A stretch of DNA of 61,853 nucleotides, the filler included, from Catajapyx aquilonaris (Eukaryota): assembly GCA_000934665.2 (NCBI GenBank). It is 4 parts of 4 records of this genome, joined end to end, with 100 filler letters (N's around TTAATTAATTAA, not from the genome) between each part and the next. Parts side by side here need not be neighbours in the genome. Positions count along the whole stretch, not along the records: positions 46,502 to 61,853 come from JYFJ02007516.1; 3 more parts are not named here. One strand, 5' to 3'. Below are positions 50,235-61,853 of the stretch, piece by piece. A program made the translations under genes and the position numbers. The notes below the pieces were generated by a model. The model did not search any database. It saw nothing but the letters and a program-made list of their open reading frames with translations, and was not told the DNA's origin. How positions within the stretch are numbered: the stretch's first letter is position 1; the number at the start of each line of letters is the position of its first letter.

Positions 50235-50658
50235 CCTACAATAATTATTATGTGAATAATAAAAGCTACATATACTCATCTTTATTAGAAGGCCAATATT
50301 GTTTCACTGATACTGCACTGGTACCATACTTGCTGCCTCTGACAGTGTGCACCATCTGTCGTTGGCACAATCTAGGTGGGATGAATATGCAAATTCCACC
50401 CAGAATGGCACAAAGAGAAACGAAGAGGCGTTTTCCAAAACTCACTCAGTCATTTTAATACATTTCGAGAAAAACGATTTTTTGTGATCTGCACCTACAA
50501 GAAATGCATGAGCATGATAATTATTACTCATCAGAACGTACATCTAAAGGGTCATCAAAATGCAAACTATCAATAAAATTGCATTTCTTGGTCTAAAGAA
50601 ATTAATTATTTATTTTCAAAAGATTTTCCAAAAGCCTCTCAGTCAAGGGGGAGGGTAT

Positions 50659-50981
50659 TGGTTGGTTTGTTGGTTGGTTGGTTGGTTGGTTGGTTGGTTG
50701 GTTGGTTGGTAGGAAGGGTTACCCAGCTTGTATGGCTCTGTCTGAGTCGAGCCTTGGCAGCCGGGGGTAGGAGAGGAAGGTGTGGGATTGCAAGGTAGGG
50801 GGTGGGTTAGAAGGGTGGGGGAGAGGAGGGCTGGCCTCGGCTGTACTGCAATGCCGGGTCCAACCCAGGGACGGGGGTGGGATATTCTCCCAAGCACCCG
50901 GTCCGACCAAGAAATGCGAGTCAGGTCCGAGGACCGCTCGAGGAAGAGAGTACCGTCACTGGCGTGCCAGCCGGGACCTCA
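50659..50981 (-). mobile_element. Short retroposon containing the 3' half of U2 snRNA, (AACC)n tail, copy 1
   Basis: 14-bp TSD AAGGGGGAGGGTAT (50645-50658, 51003-51016); U2-like segment at 50828-50915; second copy at 55621-55913. Confidence 0.85.
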
Positions 50982-51099
50982 CATCATCATGTATAATTAA
51001 TGAAGGGGGAGGGTATGGCAAATGGCAACAGTTAGTCACATAACAATCATGTCAGCTTACAGACAATCACAGAAATGGTTCTACATCACTGTTTTCTTC

Positions 51100-51600
51100 T
51101 ACGACATCATCAGTAGAACGCAGATTACTGTAAAACTTTAATTGCCACATCCAGAATTGGGCAATATCGCAACAATAATTTGACATCTTTCAGTTTTTGA
51201 GGCTTGATGTGGGATGAGGGATGCACCAATGTAGCTGTGCAGGAGATATCCTTCACAGATTTGTTCCTCTTTGTTACATTCACAATATGCACATTTTTCA
51301 TGCCAATTCCCCCCCCCCCTATCCTTGTAAAAAGTAAGTACACGCTGATCAGTAATCTTGAAAGGCATCTTATTAAGCAAAACCTTCGTACTCTCTGCCT
51401 TGAAATCATGAATATGCCAATGTGTACCCAAAACCCTAACCATTGTATGGTTGCTACATTAATATTTCTTGGTACTCTTGCGGTGCAATGATCTGCTCTT
51501 TTTTCTGCAATTCCTTTTCAATTCATCCAAACGCTCGATCAGGGGGCATGTAGCTGTGCCCCCTAATTGGAAAATAGTGGAAGGCTTTAGCTGACTATTT
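51100..51600 (-). mobile_element. Sola-type transposase remnant
   Basis: PIRGHSYMPPDRAFG*IEKELQKKEQIIAPQEY and IKPQKLKDVKLLL, resembling the GHSYxxxDRxFGxIEK motif of Sola transposases. Confidence 0.65.
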
Positions 51601-52701
51601 TGCAGAAATGCTGATACCACACGTCCACACTTATTACAATGGAGCTACAGCTGACTGAGTGGGTTTTGGAAAAATCATCTACCGTATTACCTCTCATATT
51701 GCGACATGCCGGTGTAGGGGATGTCAACCAGTTTTTAAAAATGCTAGATCTGGTGGCTATACTGGCATGCCGGTCTAAGCGAGGTATGGTGGTATAAGGC
51801 GAGGTTCTCTTAAGCACGGCATTATTACGATCTCTGTGAAAATTATTATTAATCAAATGAATGCATTGCACCATGTTCTATGATGTGGATACAGCCCAGG
51901 ACACTTCTGTTGCCCGACACATCCCATAAGATCGTTATTGTTAAGTTCTTTCCTGGGAACATTTTCAGTTAAAAGTGCCAAGCTGCAAGAAGGGAAGCAT
52001 ACCTACCAGGATATTTCATACTTTGCCAACGAGATCTGCGACCAGTGAACTATTGAGCAAAACGATCAAGGACTGAAGGAATTTGCCCCGATCCTTTGTA
52101 ATGCTTGGGGGGGGGGGTTCCTCTCTCAGAGCAGGCTTAAATATGAGATTGGTCACATTCTTATGCTCTGTACAACAGATGAACTTGCATATTCTCGCAG
52201 CCCTGTAGACCTGTACTTGCCCATTTTTCACAGTACCATTATTTTAGTACAGTACCAAATGCATTCCAAAATTTTTGTCAAGGATCAAAATTAAGGAAAT
52301 CTACCTCAGATATTGCCGCATGACGGCCACCCCTGGGTTATACCGGCATGCTGGTCGACCTCGTTTTATACCGGTGTGCCGCAATATGAGAGGTAATACG
52401 GTACATTCACTGGACCGCATAACGCTAACTGAACAGGTTTTGGTGAATAGGGTTTTCTATGAGCCTGGGTGTTTACCAGAACTCCCCGAGATGGCGAAAA
52501 CCTAAAATAATGCAATTGTTGACTGAGTGGGTTTTGGAAAACGCCTCTTGTTGTTACTCTGCCTTGCATCATCAACAATATATTTCCCAGAATTCAGGGA
52601 AACACTAACAAATGCAACAAGTTATATGCACTGTACTTATCTTCAACCCAACATTGGCAGGATCTTGCTTGCGCATGCCGTGCTGTTCATCTGGCGCTCC
52701 A

Positions 52702-52905
52702 CATAATTATGCAGACACAGCGTAACTGGCTGCCCAGAGGAACTCCATATGGGTTGCCACCTGCCCATTTCTAAACCTTTGTTGCAGACTCCGGATTTTC
52801 TGGTCCTGCCGAATCCATCTGGTGCTCCTTCCCTCTACGTGGAACACCATTTCTGGCCCGCTCGTAGTCCAGAGACTGTGCTGCCGCGGTGGTCTTAAGT
52901 CTCCC
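52702..52905 (-). pseudogene. MULE-transposase-like C-terminal exon remnant
   Basis: After acceptor TTTCCAG: WIRQDQKIRSLQQRFRNGQVATHMEFLWAASYAV*. Confidence 0.4.
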
Positions 52906-53742
52906 TGGAAAGAAGATGGAATGTCATATTGCCACTTTATTTTGAGGCAGTATTCTCTATCCTCGTGAAAAAATTAACTTGATGTATAAAGTGCAGATTC
53001 CTTCTTCTAAACTCCTTAAGCATGCCTATGCATTCAGAAAAATAATTTATAATTCTTGTCCATTAATTATAACTTATATACATAACAATAGTGAGAAGCA
53101 GCATGCCCTTTTGCCTATGATATAAATATTGCAATTTGGAAACAAGACCCCCCAATAAATTCATTGTTCATCTGTTCATCTGTGCAATTAGGGGCCTACA
53201 TTATATAGGACTGGAGCGAAAAATAAAGCTCACATTGAAACAAACTGAAGTGAGACCAAAACTTTAGATCTTTCTTAGCATTTCAAAACTTAAATGACTA
53301 AGATATGTCTACAAGTCTTCGAGTTAGGGTTTTAAAATACATGCATTCTTTTTCGATGACCCTGTATACTGTATTAAGGCACCCAAGCAAGTGCTAATAA
53401 TGCAATCTATGATATATCTAAGCACATGTTATCATTTTTAAACATTGGATTGACAAATACTGTATTTAAATCAGGGAAACATGACATCCCCGTTTATATT
53501 TCACTGTAGGAGGTTAGTTCAGCTAAAGATAAAATAACATAGAAAAGTAGTCACAGTATTTACATATTAGAAGCATGACGGATGATCTGATGGACCAAGC
53601 CCACAATCCAAAACTTCCTCCTATTGTAATATAAAAGTGTGCACTTGGAGCGTTTGAGGCCATCTGGAGCCATTTTGCACATGCGCAATTGACTAAACTT
53701 GGGATTGACTTAGATAATCTTCCTGAATAAAATTATGCATAA

Positions 53743-54218
53743 TGTGTGACGAGATGGACACCAGTGACAACGTGGTGTAGTGATAGTCGCTTGTAACGTG
53801 GGTCGCTTGTAACGTATGGTTTATTTCGTTGCTGGTAGGGTTAGGTAGGAGAAGAAAAGGATGGAGGGTAAGGAGGTAGGGTGTAAGGAGAGGCCAACAC
53901 GGGATATTGTCCCATGAAAGGCTCCGACCAGTCCCGCCCGGACAGTATGACCGGAGAAAGGCCACGATCTGGATCGTGGGCAGGCTTTTATAATCATTAC
54001 TCATTAGGCCGCAAAGCATGATGGGTCTAATGCAAGGTTGCGTCAGAAAGAGAAAGTAACAGGTGCAAGGTGTGATGGGAAAACGTACAGGCGAAAAAGA
54101 GGGGTGTGATAACACAAGGTCTGGTTGGATATGGAATGATCGTGACAAGGCGTCTCACATGCCAGGGAATAACGGACGTACAAATGTACCGTGAATTTAC
54201 ATGGCGACAATACTGTTA
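53743..54218 (-). mobile_element. Solo LTR (boundaries approximate)
   Basis: TGTG...TACA ends; minus-strand TATAAAA (~53990) then AATAAA (~53822). Confidence 0.45.
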
Positions 54219-54345
54219 CACATCTCCCTCATCAAGATGGTGGACCAGTAGGGAGGCCATCTTAGACGCCTCAGTCATGGTCATCCATTCACAAACACAA
54301 AACCATACTCGAAACACTACTCTGAGCACAATGTTGACCTCTATA

Positions 54346-54693
54346 ATAATAATAATAATAATAATTGTGGGGGTAGTGCTTCACCTTTCGGCGTTCGGCA
54401 CGGACCTTTATTATTTGATCGTACATAGTGTACAAGTTGGAGCCATTGAGAAGCGCCCGGGCCCAACGGGCAGGATGACAGGAGGGGATGTGCAAGTGCA
54501 GTGCATCTGACGTGGTGGCCATTTTTAGTGAACTCCCCCGGGTAGTTTAGTCTGTGGAAATACCACCCGAGACGAAGCCAGAGGTGACCCTGAACTCTGC
54601 ACGAGATGAAGGGGGTGTCCCCGGGTTGGGATCGAACCCGGGACCTTAACATCCGTGGGCGCATACGTTACCGCAGCACCACTCCGCCTCCCC
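54346..54693 (-). mobile_element. SINE family 2 copy
   Basis: Matches 7678-8047; TSD TTGACCTCTATA. Confidence 0.85.
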
Positions 54694-55004
54694 TTTTGAC
54701 CTCTATACAAATGCAACAATTGAGCAGTTAGGCTTAAGTTAACAAATAATGCTTAAGGGGGCCGTGTCACTACGTTTCGCGCCATTTTTTGGCGGCAGCG
54801 AGCGAAAATTGTGCGCGCCGACTCGTCTTTATTGACTTGTCATTATTTTTAATTCTTTAATTTTTGAGATGCAACAATGTCACAAGTGATATTATATATA
54901 CAGCAACTAGCCTACATGCCATCAAGTGTTTTAATTCATTAATACAGTGGTCTCCATACCTCTCAGTTGTAGAAGTTCATAACTTTTACAATTCCTGAGC
55001 TGCT

Positions 55005-55157
55005 AATGGATTTTGATTGTGGGAGGAAAAAGGAGAACTCGGAGAAATCCCATACATGAAGAGAACTCATCAAAGCTCTTCTGTTCAATCTGGGTATTTA
55101 ACTCAGGACCTCAGAGATGGAAGTCAGTGGTGCTCCTCACTAAATCACAGTGCCTCC
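55005..55157 (-). mobile_element. Old tRNA-headed SINE with a V-like domain
   Basis: Reverse complement resembles 3405-3480 and is preceded by a degenerate tRNA head. Confidence 0.5.
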
Positions 55158-55376
55158 TGAAAAAATATCATGAAAATTATAGTACAAATTATTTGCATCA
55201 ATATACCAACCAAACCAGATGCAAATTTCGTTCTGGTTTAGTGGCTTCTATCAGATGCGCAAACATTAACCCTGGAACCGTGCCGTGGGGTCTTTTTGGA
55301 CCCCAAGGAAAAAAAATGCATTAAAATGATCATTACAATGAACTTTTGCCATTTTTTTACAGTATACAGTATACAT

Positions 55377-55607
55377 ACCGAAGCAGGTTGGTATAGTGGA
55401 TAAGGCGTCCGACTGCTAATCGGGAGGTCCTGGGTTCGAATCCCGGGGCCGGCAACCCTGACCGTGGTTTTCTGTGGTTTTCCACGGTCTTTCTAGGATA
55501 ATTCCGGGGTCGCTTCCGTATAATAGGCCACAGCCGCTTCCTTCCTTCCGTATCCTTGGAGGTTGAAAGGCAATGCTGGGCCAACCTCCTTAAAATATCA
55601 ATTATAA
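55377..55607 (+). mobile_element. SINE family 1 copy with a third tail type
   Basis: Intact head ACCGAAGCAGGTTGG...GGTTCGAATCC; tail hairpin GGAGGTTG...CAACCTCC; TSD-like AGTATACAGTATA. Confidence 0.8.
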
Positions 55608-55620
55608 AGTATACAGTATA

Positions 55621-55913
55621 GTTGGTTGGTTGGTTGGTTGGTTTGGAAGGGTTACCCAGCTTGTATGGCTCTGTCTGAGTCGAGCCTTGGCAGCCGGGGG
55701 TAGGAGAGGAAGGAGTGGGATTGCAAGGTAGGGGTGGGTGAGAAGGGTGGGGGAGAGGAGGGCTGGCCCCGGCTGTACTGCAATGCCGGGTCCAACCCAG
55801 GGACGGGGGTGGGATATTCTCCCAAGCACCCCGTCCGACCAAGAAATGCGAGTCAGGTCCGAGGACCGCTCGAGGAAGAGAGTACCGTTGCTGGCGAACC
55901 AGCCGGGACCTCA
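55621..55913 (-). mobile_element. Short retroposon containing the 3' half of U2 snRNA, copy 2
   Basis: Highly similar to 50659-50981 with the same 5' end (T)GAGGTCCCGG; U2-like segment at 55760-55847. Confidence 0.85.
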
Positions 55914-56026
55914 TACAACCTCATGATCTTATATATTATTATTATAATATATAATATTTATATTATATATTATTGTATATAATTCTGTGTATGTATGTAT
56001 TCTGTGCTTGGCTGTTGGACTGGAAG

Positions 56027-56226
56027 GTCACAAGAGTTCAGGATCCAGCCCTGGGAAGAGTACCCGGGACTGACCAGGGAGGAAGAGCTCTACTCCTTCC
56101 GAACCATGCCCCCTGACCTCGTGTCCAGGTTCTGGCCAGGAGGAAGCTGCACCTTGAATCTCTTCGTGCTCGACTCCCCTGACCACCTCCCTCAACTGGT
56201 CTTTCACACAGCGGCCTTTGTCAGGG
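56027..56226 (+). CDS. Candidate internal exon of an unidentified host gene
   Basis: Open, GC3-rich frame SQEFRIQPWEEYPG...HTAAFVR between AAG| and |GTGAGG; other exon candidates at 48209-48299 and 58378+, but the phases were not reconciled. Confidence 0.35.
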
Positions 56227-56249
56227 TGAGGAACCTCGACGACCCTTTT

Positions 56250-57987
56250 TAGTCCAGTGCAAATAGCATATTACCTGGACATTTAGAGTTACTAAACGAA
56301 ACTTGGGGTGTATGTTCGATTGGCCCCCCTGAACAATATCTGAAAGTTCCCAAGTGATCCCTCATGGGATTACCCTGCAATCCTGCAAAAACTGTAACAT
56401 ACCTGCAATTTTCCTTGAACCCGCATAGAAAGTGAACGCATGGACTTGGACACTCATTTCTTTTTACAAATTACTTGTTTTGACGTGTGTTGTGATTTAG
56501 AAAAAAGTGTCAACGATTTTGACATAAACTTAATTATGTTAACCTGCAAAACCTATTCATTACCTCGAATTTTTCTGGAATGCACGCAGGAATGGGACGG
56601 GTTGTCTTAGACCGAATTTCTTTTTTCATAGTGCTTCTTTTGATTGTATCGCTTCATTAAGAGTCAGTGGCGATGGTTTGGGTGCCTGGATAGCCTGCAG
56701 ATTACCTGTAAAGCTCCTTGAACTCCACCCAAATAGACACATATTGTTGTACTACAGTCCAACACAATTTCCACACATATTATTTTGTGCATTGCAGTAG
56801 GTGCCTTTTAATCAAATTTCAAAAATCACCATGTTGGCGAGTAAGGAAAATTTTCTCATTTCCCAGCCGAAGGGTCGAGAGTAGGCCACATGCACAGAAA
56901 GGCCCAATTTCCTGATCTCCGTCAACCAGGCATACCGAAAGAAATGTTTGACACCATTGTGACAATTTATTGAATCCTTGAATCTAAGAGTAGGCAAATG
57001 TCCATAACTGAGATTTTTTTACAACAAAACGAGGAACATTGTAAGTGTGATAGGGACAGTTATTTTTAAGTTATGAACACCTTTCTTCGCTGGATATAAA
57101 GATTAGTTTTCCTTATAGGGTTATGTCTTATGTGCTTCAAAAAAGCCTAACTTCTCTAACTGGAATCTTCTATAACTCGAAGTTTTTTTCTGGTCCCATG
57201 GAGATTCGACTTAAGAGAAGTTTTACTGTATTATCTCACATGGACAGATGGACAGACCTGCTTTCAGCTTCTATGGCAATGCAGATACAGGTGCAAGGAT
57301 TGTGTGATTGGCCTTTTTTTACCACATAAACGAGCCACATAGGCCTTAGAGATCTCTGCAGTAGGTAGTTAAGAATATTCTCCATCGTTTTAAAGCGAAA
57401 AGCCTATAACAAATCCACTTACCTGGTTATTGCAGATAACCCTTCAATTGAAAAAAAAACAAAATCCCATGCTTATACAACAATGTGTGTCCGTTTGGGT
57501 GGAGTTCAAGGAGCTTTACAGGTAATCTGCAGGCTATCCAGGCACCCAAACCATCGCCACTGACTCTTAATGAAGCGATACAATCAAAAGAAGCACTATG
57601 AAAAAAGAAATTCGGTCTAAGACAACCCGTCCCATTCCTGCGTGCGTTCCAGAAAAATTCGAGGTAATGAATAGGTTTTGCAGGTTAACATAATTAAGTT
57701 TATGTCAAAATCGTTGACACTTTTTTCTAAATCACAAAACACGTCAAAACAAGTAATTTGTAAAAAGAAATGAGTGTCCAAGTCCATGCGTTCACTTTCT
57801 ATGCGGGTTCAAGGAAAACTGCAGGTATGTTACAGTTTTTGCAGGGTTGCAGGGTAATCCCATGAGGGATCACTTGGGAACTTTCAGATATTGTTCAGGG
57901 GGTCCAATTGAACATATATCCCAAATTTCGTTCAGTAACTCTAAATGTCCAGGTTGTGGGTAAATATCGACTAAATGCACTGGACTA
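56250..57987. mobile_element. Non-autonomous DNA transposon with ~500-bp TIRs and TAG...CTA termini (Academ-like)
   Basis: 56250-56750 is mirrored almost exactly by 57476-57987; ends TAGTCCAGTGCA ... TGCACTGGACTA. Confidence 0.75.
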
Positions 57988-59930
57988 TGTGCCCCTAACC
58001 AGGTGCCGCATTCTATAAACTGCTACAGTATATTCAACCCGCTGGAGGTAATGAGGCACCTGGTTAGGGGCACAAGCTACAAAAAAAACTACTACTATCG
58101 GGCGATACCAGTTATATAAAAATGACCCATGAATTTGGAACACCCTGTATAGTGTACTGTACTGCACAGGGCTGTACTCTACGTACTGTATGTATTTAGA
58201 ACCCTAAAAAATATGGCAATGTCTTCAGAGCATNNNNCCCCCCCCCCCCCAGCCAATCCCAGCTTCTCCCTATTCTTGCATTATCCTCTCTGCCACTTCC
58301 AACCAGCCCAAACCCTGTAGTGGGTGTAATGATGTAATGTTGTTCAAGTTTTGTGTGACTGATTTTTTCTGTTACAGGAGAAAGGAACCCTCAGAACTGG
58401 ATGACCCTCAACCTGGAATCTCCCATTAAATGTGTCCATTAAATCTTTCAAATACTTAGCATCAAAAACAGCAACATTAGTACCAGTAATGTCTGTGGGA
58501 AATTTTGGAAACTACCTCATCTAAATTATAATTGTCTCATTTTATGCTGATTCACTTTATGCTGCTGTGTTGCTGGAACCAATTACTGGTGTAAAATAGG
58601 CAGTAAATGTAATTGTGGTAATAAATTAACCTGTCAAAATCAAATGTACAGAAAATTCAAAAATACTTGGTCCTAATATAAGTTTCAAGTATTTATATTT
58701 TCGAAGCAGATAAAATTATGAGGTAAAAAGAAATGTACGGTACTCGTATAGGCAACCTTCTATGTATTGCGAAATAAGATTGCTGGTCTTGAATGTGCAA
58801 GTTACACCCATGACCAGCATCTGCCGTTGTCACATGGCTAAAGATCCAGAAGAGGCACAAATACTATTAGAAGTAGAGAAAACAGCATGGAAAATAAGGG
58901 CCCACAAACATAATTATATACAGTGTATTGTGCAAAAAGTTATCAGTACAATCATTCATGTCACTTCTCATTCTTTGAGCTCAGATCAAAGTGTTCAATG
59001 TTGAAAAAGAAAATATCCACACCATTTATAAGCTCGGAGAGTACTGGGAAGAATGAGCACATACAATGTACAGTGAATGAAACAACTCAAGTTTAAAATA
59101 AAAAAATCTCTCTCCAATATCAAGGAAACATTAAGCAGTGGGTAACTTGGAGAACTTGGGTAGGATAAGGAACAAAAAAGAGTTGGATACTGTCAGTACT
59201 CTTTGGTTCAGGGATGCAAGTCTAAGCAGCTGATCCAATGAAGGTTGTCCTACAACAGGAATGGCTAAGGGCGAGCAGCTCATGCAACAAGCAGTCTGCA
59301 ATCACAAGCATTAATCCATGAATAATATTCATCAAAATAAGCAACGCAAAATGCTTCATCAAAAATCCACATAAAAACAAGGCAACACCAATGTTATGCA
59401 AAAGCCCAAGCAAAAGAGTAAGAAAAGTGATCTAATGGTGCACCACAAGTTCATTAAACCTTTCAAATACTCATCGATAATCAATAATGAAGTTAGTGTT
59501 TAACCCAGATATGCGGGGAAAAGTTTTTGTTGAATTTTTGAACTTTTATTTGTTTCTATTAGTTCATATTAGTTCCCAAAACACAAAAATTGAGGTAAAA
59601 CATTTTTCTGAATGCTCATTTGCGAGAAAATGGCCGTTCCCTATAATTATGGGATGCTAGGAAAATGTAACCTAATATGGGTATAATAGTTGTTGATTAC
59701 ATTATCATGGCAACAGTGACATTCAGCAATATCCATAGTTTCATAATATCACCAATGATTGATTGTTGTCGATTGCATTACCACAGAAACAGGCCATGCA
59801 AAGAAGGGGGTTGTAATTTAGTCACAATCAACAACAATCAAGGATTGTTGCAACGGTTGCCATGTTAATCAATTGCCATGTAATCTCGTTTTAATTATAT
59901 GGATTCATTACAATACAGTTCAACAAAACG

Positions 59931-60287
59931 GGGAGGTGTGGTGGCCGTGATGGTAACGTCTCGGCTTGCTGAGTGAAAGGCCCCAGGTTCGATCCCCGCC
60001 TGGGGAACTTTCCTTTCACCTGCGTCAGGAGGGTCTCTGACCTGCACCACGGAGGTGTCTGGCAACCTAACCTCCTGGGGAACAGCACATGACCCCTTTA
60101 CCGACATTGTACTTGCACCAATGTTCCCTCCCCAAAAATCCCTATATCCTTACCTCATGTCCTTTCATCCTTGCACCGGAGTTAGAAGAAAAATCAGAAA
60201 ATTGAAGGAAAAATGGTGGCATTCCACCCCCCTATAAGGGCCTATGGCCCTAGCATGGGGTAACGTAAAAAAACAACAACAAAAAAA
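59931..60287 (+). mobile_element. tRNA-derived SINE, family 3
   Basis: TGGCCGTGATGG A box, GGTTCGATCCC B box, A-rich tail, 16-bp TSD ACAGTTCAACAAAACG. Confidence 0.85.
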
Positions 60288-61420
60288 ACAGTTCAACAAA
60301 ACGTACAAAATCCACACACATCCTTTACTTGTCCAAGCAGTGGGTGCAGGTGCCTCGTGTGTTCCCCAGAGAGGTCACCAGATTTCAACACTACTGGCAG
60401 ACATGGAAAGTAAAAAATATGCCTATATTTTACCATCGACATCATCATTCATAAGTTTTCTAAGTATTACAAACAAAAAATAACTCATAACACTAATCAA
60501 TATTCGAAAATTAATTACTAATCATATTTGGAACATGAAGGTGCAGCCATTATTACCTGCGTTAAAATTAAAACACCTGTATCTTAAAAAATCTGAAGTA
60601 ATATTGAGCAGGTTTGAACTTGTATCATTATCTGGGACTGTACTATTCAGGAGTTTATTGGAGCTGGGACTCTACTGAAGCACACATGACTACAACTGCC
60701 AGCTCTTTAGCAGATAGAAAAACCTGCACTAAAAATTAATGCGTAACAACTGTGCAGGTGTCCCGTACAGGGGAAGCTCGGCATGTCTGTGTTAAAGTGA
60801 AAGTAACACATATGCTCACAACAGGTGATTTTCCTCAGTAAAAATCAAAACTTTCATAGCCATAAACAACCACATGAAAAGGTAAATCATTATGCAAATC
60901 CAGCTTACAATCAAGCAACTCAAATAAGAGTAATAAGTGAAGCTCATAGGCGTCGTGTATGTTCACACACTTGTGATAGTAGGACTCAGATTACCATTTA
61001 CATTTTTCTAGCAGTAGCCGCATGTACAGACCTTTGCAGGGTCTCTCGCTGGCAGAGGGATTGCAAAATGATACCTGGTGCTATTTTCATGCATATTGGT
61101 GTGCATGGAAGAGTGCCCAGAAAATAATTCAGACAAACACTATGAATATACAGGGGTTGGACAAAACAATGGGGCCCCCTGCAAAAAGGGGGTGAATTTT
61201 CTCCTCCATTGTACTCGAAAACTGAAGAAGTTACAGAGATGGCTTTTACCGATTTTTGAAGCTCTGTCGATGTAGATTACAGACATGAAGATGACACAAA
61301 AATCGCAAGAGAAGGGGAAGAGACAAAAGACTAACGACACCCCCCCCCCTCCCCCCCAGAGCCCATTTTTGACCAGAGTGTCCCACCCTTTTCATTTGAA
61401 AATTAAAATAATTACATATA

Positions 61421-61853
61421 CGAGGAGTGATCAAAAAGTAAGGTCTCCAAGGCTGTAACCTTTATTCTGTATGAACACAAATGACAAAACTTACAGGGTA
61501 CATGAGGACAATGGACATCTATTTTTCTACATAGTTTCCACACCGAAGAACGCACTTATCCCATCGCCAGACCAGTTTCTGAATCCCTTCCCAATAGAAA
61601 GGGGTGCCCTGTTGACAGCACCAGTCACGCAGCCTTCTTCACCTCATCGTCGCTTCGGAAATGCTGGCCTGCCATGTCTGCTTTCAGGGCTCTGAATAAG
61701 TGATAGTCTGTGAGGGCTAGGTCGGGACTATAGGGTGTGTGAGGAAGAACTTCCCAGACGTATCCATTCAGCAAAGCCATGGTGTCCCTCGATGTGTCCG
61801 GACGGGCGTTGTCGTGGAGAAGGATGACCCCAGCAGTGAGCAATCCTGGTCGT
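61421..61853 (-). mobile_element. Mariner element, 3' part with frameshifted transposase
   Basis: LLHDNARP...WEVLPHTPYSPDLALTDYHLF...F.SDDEVK, then FYWEGIQKLVWRWDKC; TIR TA|CGAGGAGTGATCAAAAAGT. Confidence 0.9.

Noticed and set aside
50828..50915. Functional U2 snRNA gene
   Set aside because: Lacks the U2 5' end and branch-point pairing region GTAGTA, the Sm site is interrupted, and it is embedded in a TSD-flanked repeat
55377..55452. tRNA-Ser-like sequence (also the heads at ~1135-1208, 7680, 59931)
   Set aside because: They continue into shared SINE bodies with tails and TSDs and have poor acceptor stems; not tRNA genes

Overview
This is eukaryotic DNA, very probably from an arthropod or other invertebrate. 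It is repeat-rich and has three assembly gaps carrying a TTAATTAATTAA spacer. 1-16 kb: deeply nested MITEs and foldbacks (piggyBac, Tc1/mariner, pogo/Tigger, hAT, Harbinger), tRNA-derived SINEs, and a CpG-rich promoter-like island at about 9.6-10.3 kb. 16-28 kb: a compact, almost TE-free minus-strand gene cluster. It holds a divergent ionotropic receptor with an intronless CDS flanked by ~410-bp direct repeats, two paralogous BC-box/LRR genes, a 5-exon ankyrin/SOCS-box gene and a secreted Gly-rich peptide. 29-46 kb: LTR remnants plus a gene-dense decayed minus-strand block (duplicated promoter/mini-exon module, paralogous membrane-protein pseudogenes, CACTA/EnSpm transposase, MADF). 46-62 kb: solo LTRs, Sola, MULE and mariner remnants, a long-TIR element, SINEs and possible host exons. 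The most unusual object is a ~300-bp retroposon present in two copies (50659-50981, 55621-55913). It has no tRNA head, carries the 3' half of U2 snRNA with intact stem-loops III and IV, has a 5' end resembling an HDV-like ribozyme, and ends in an (AACC)n tail. All calls were made by eye; no searches were run.
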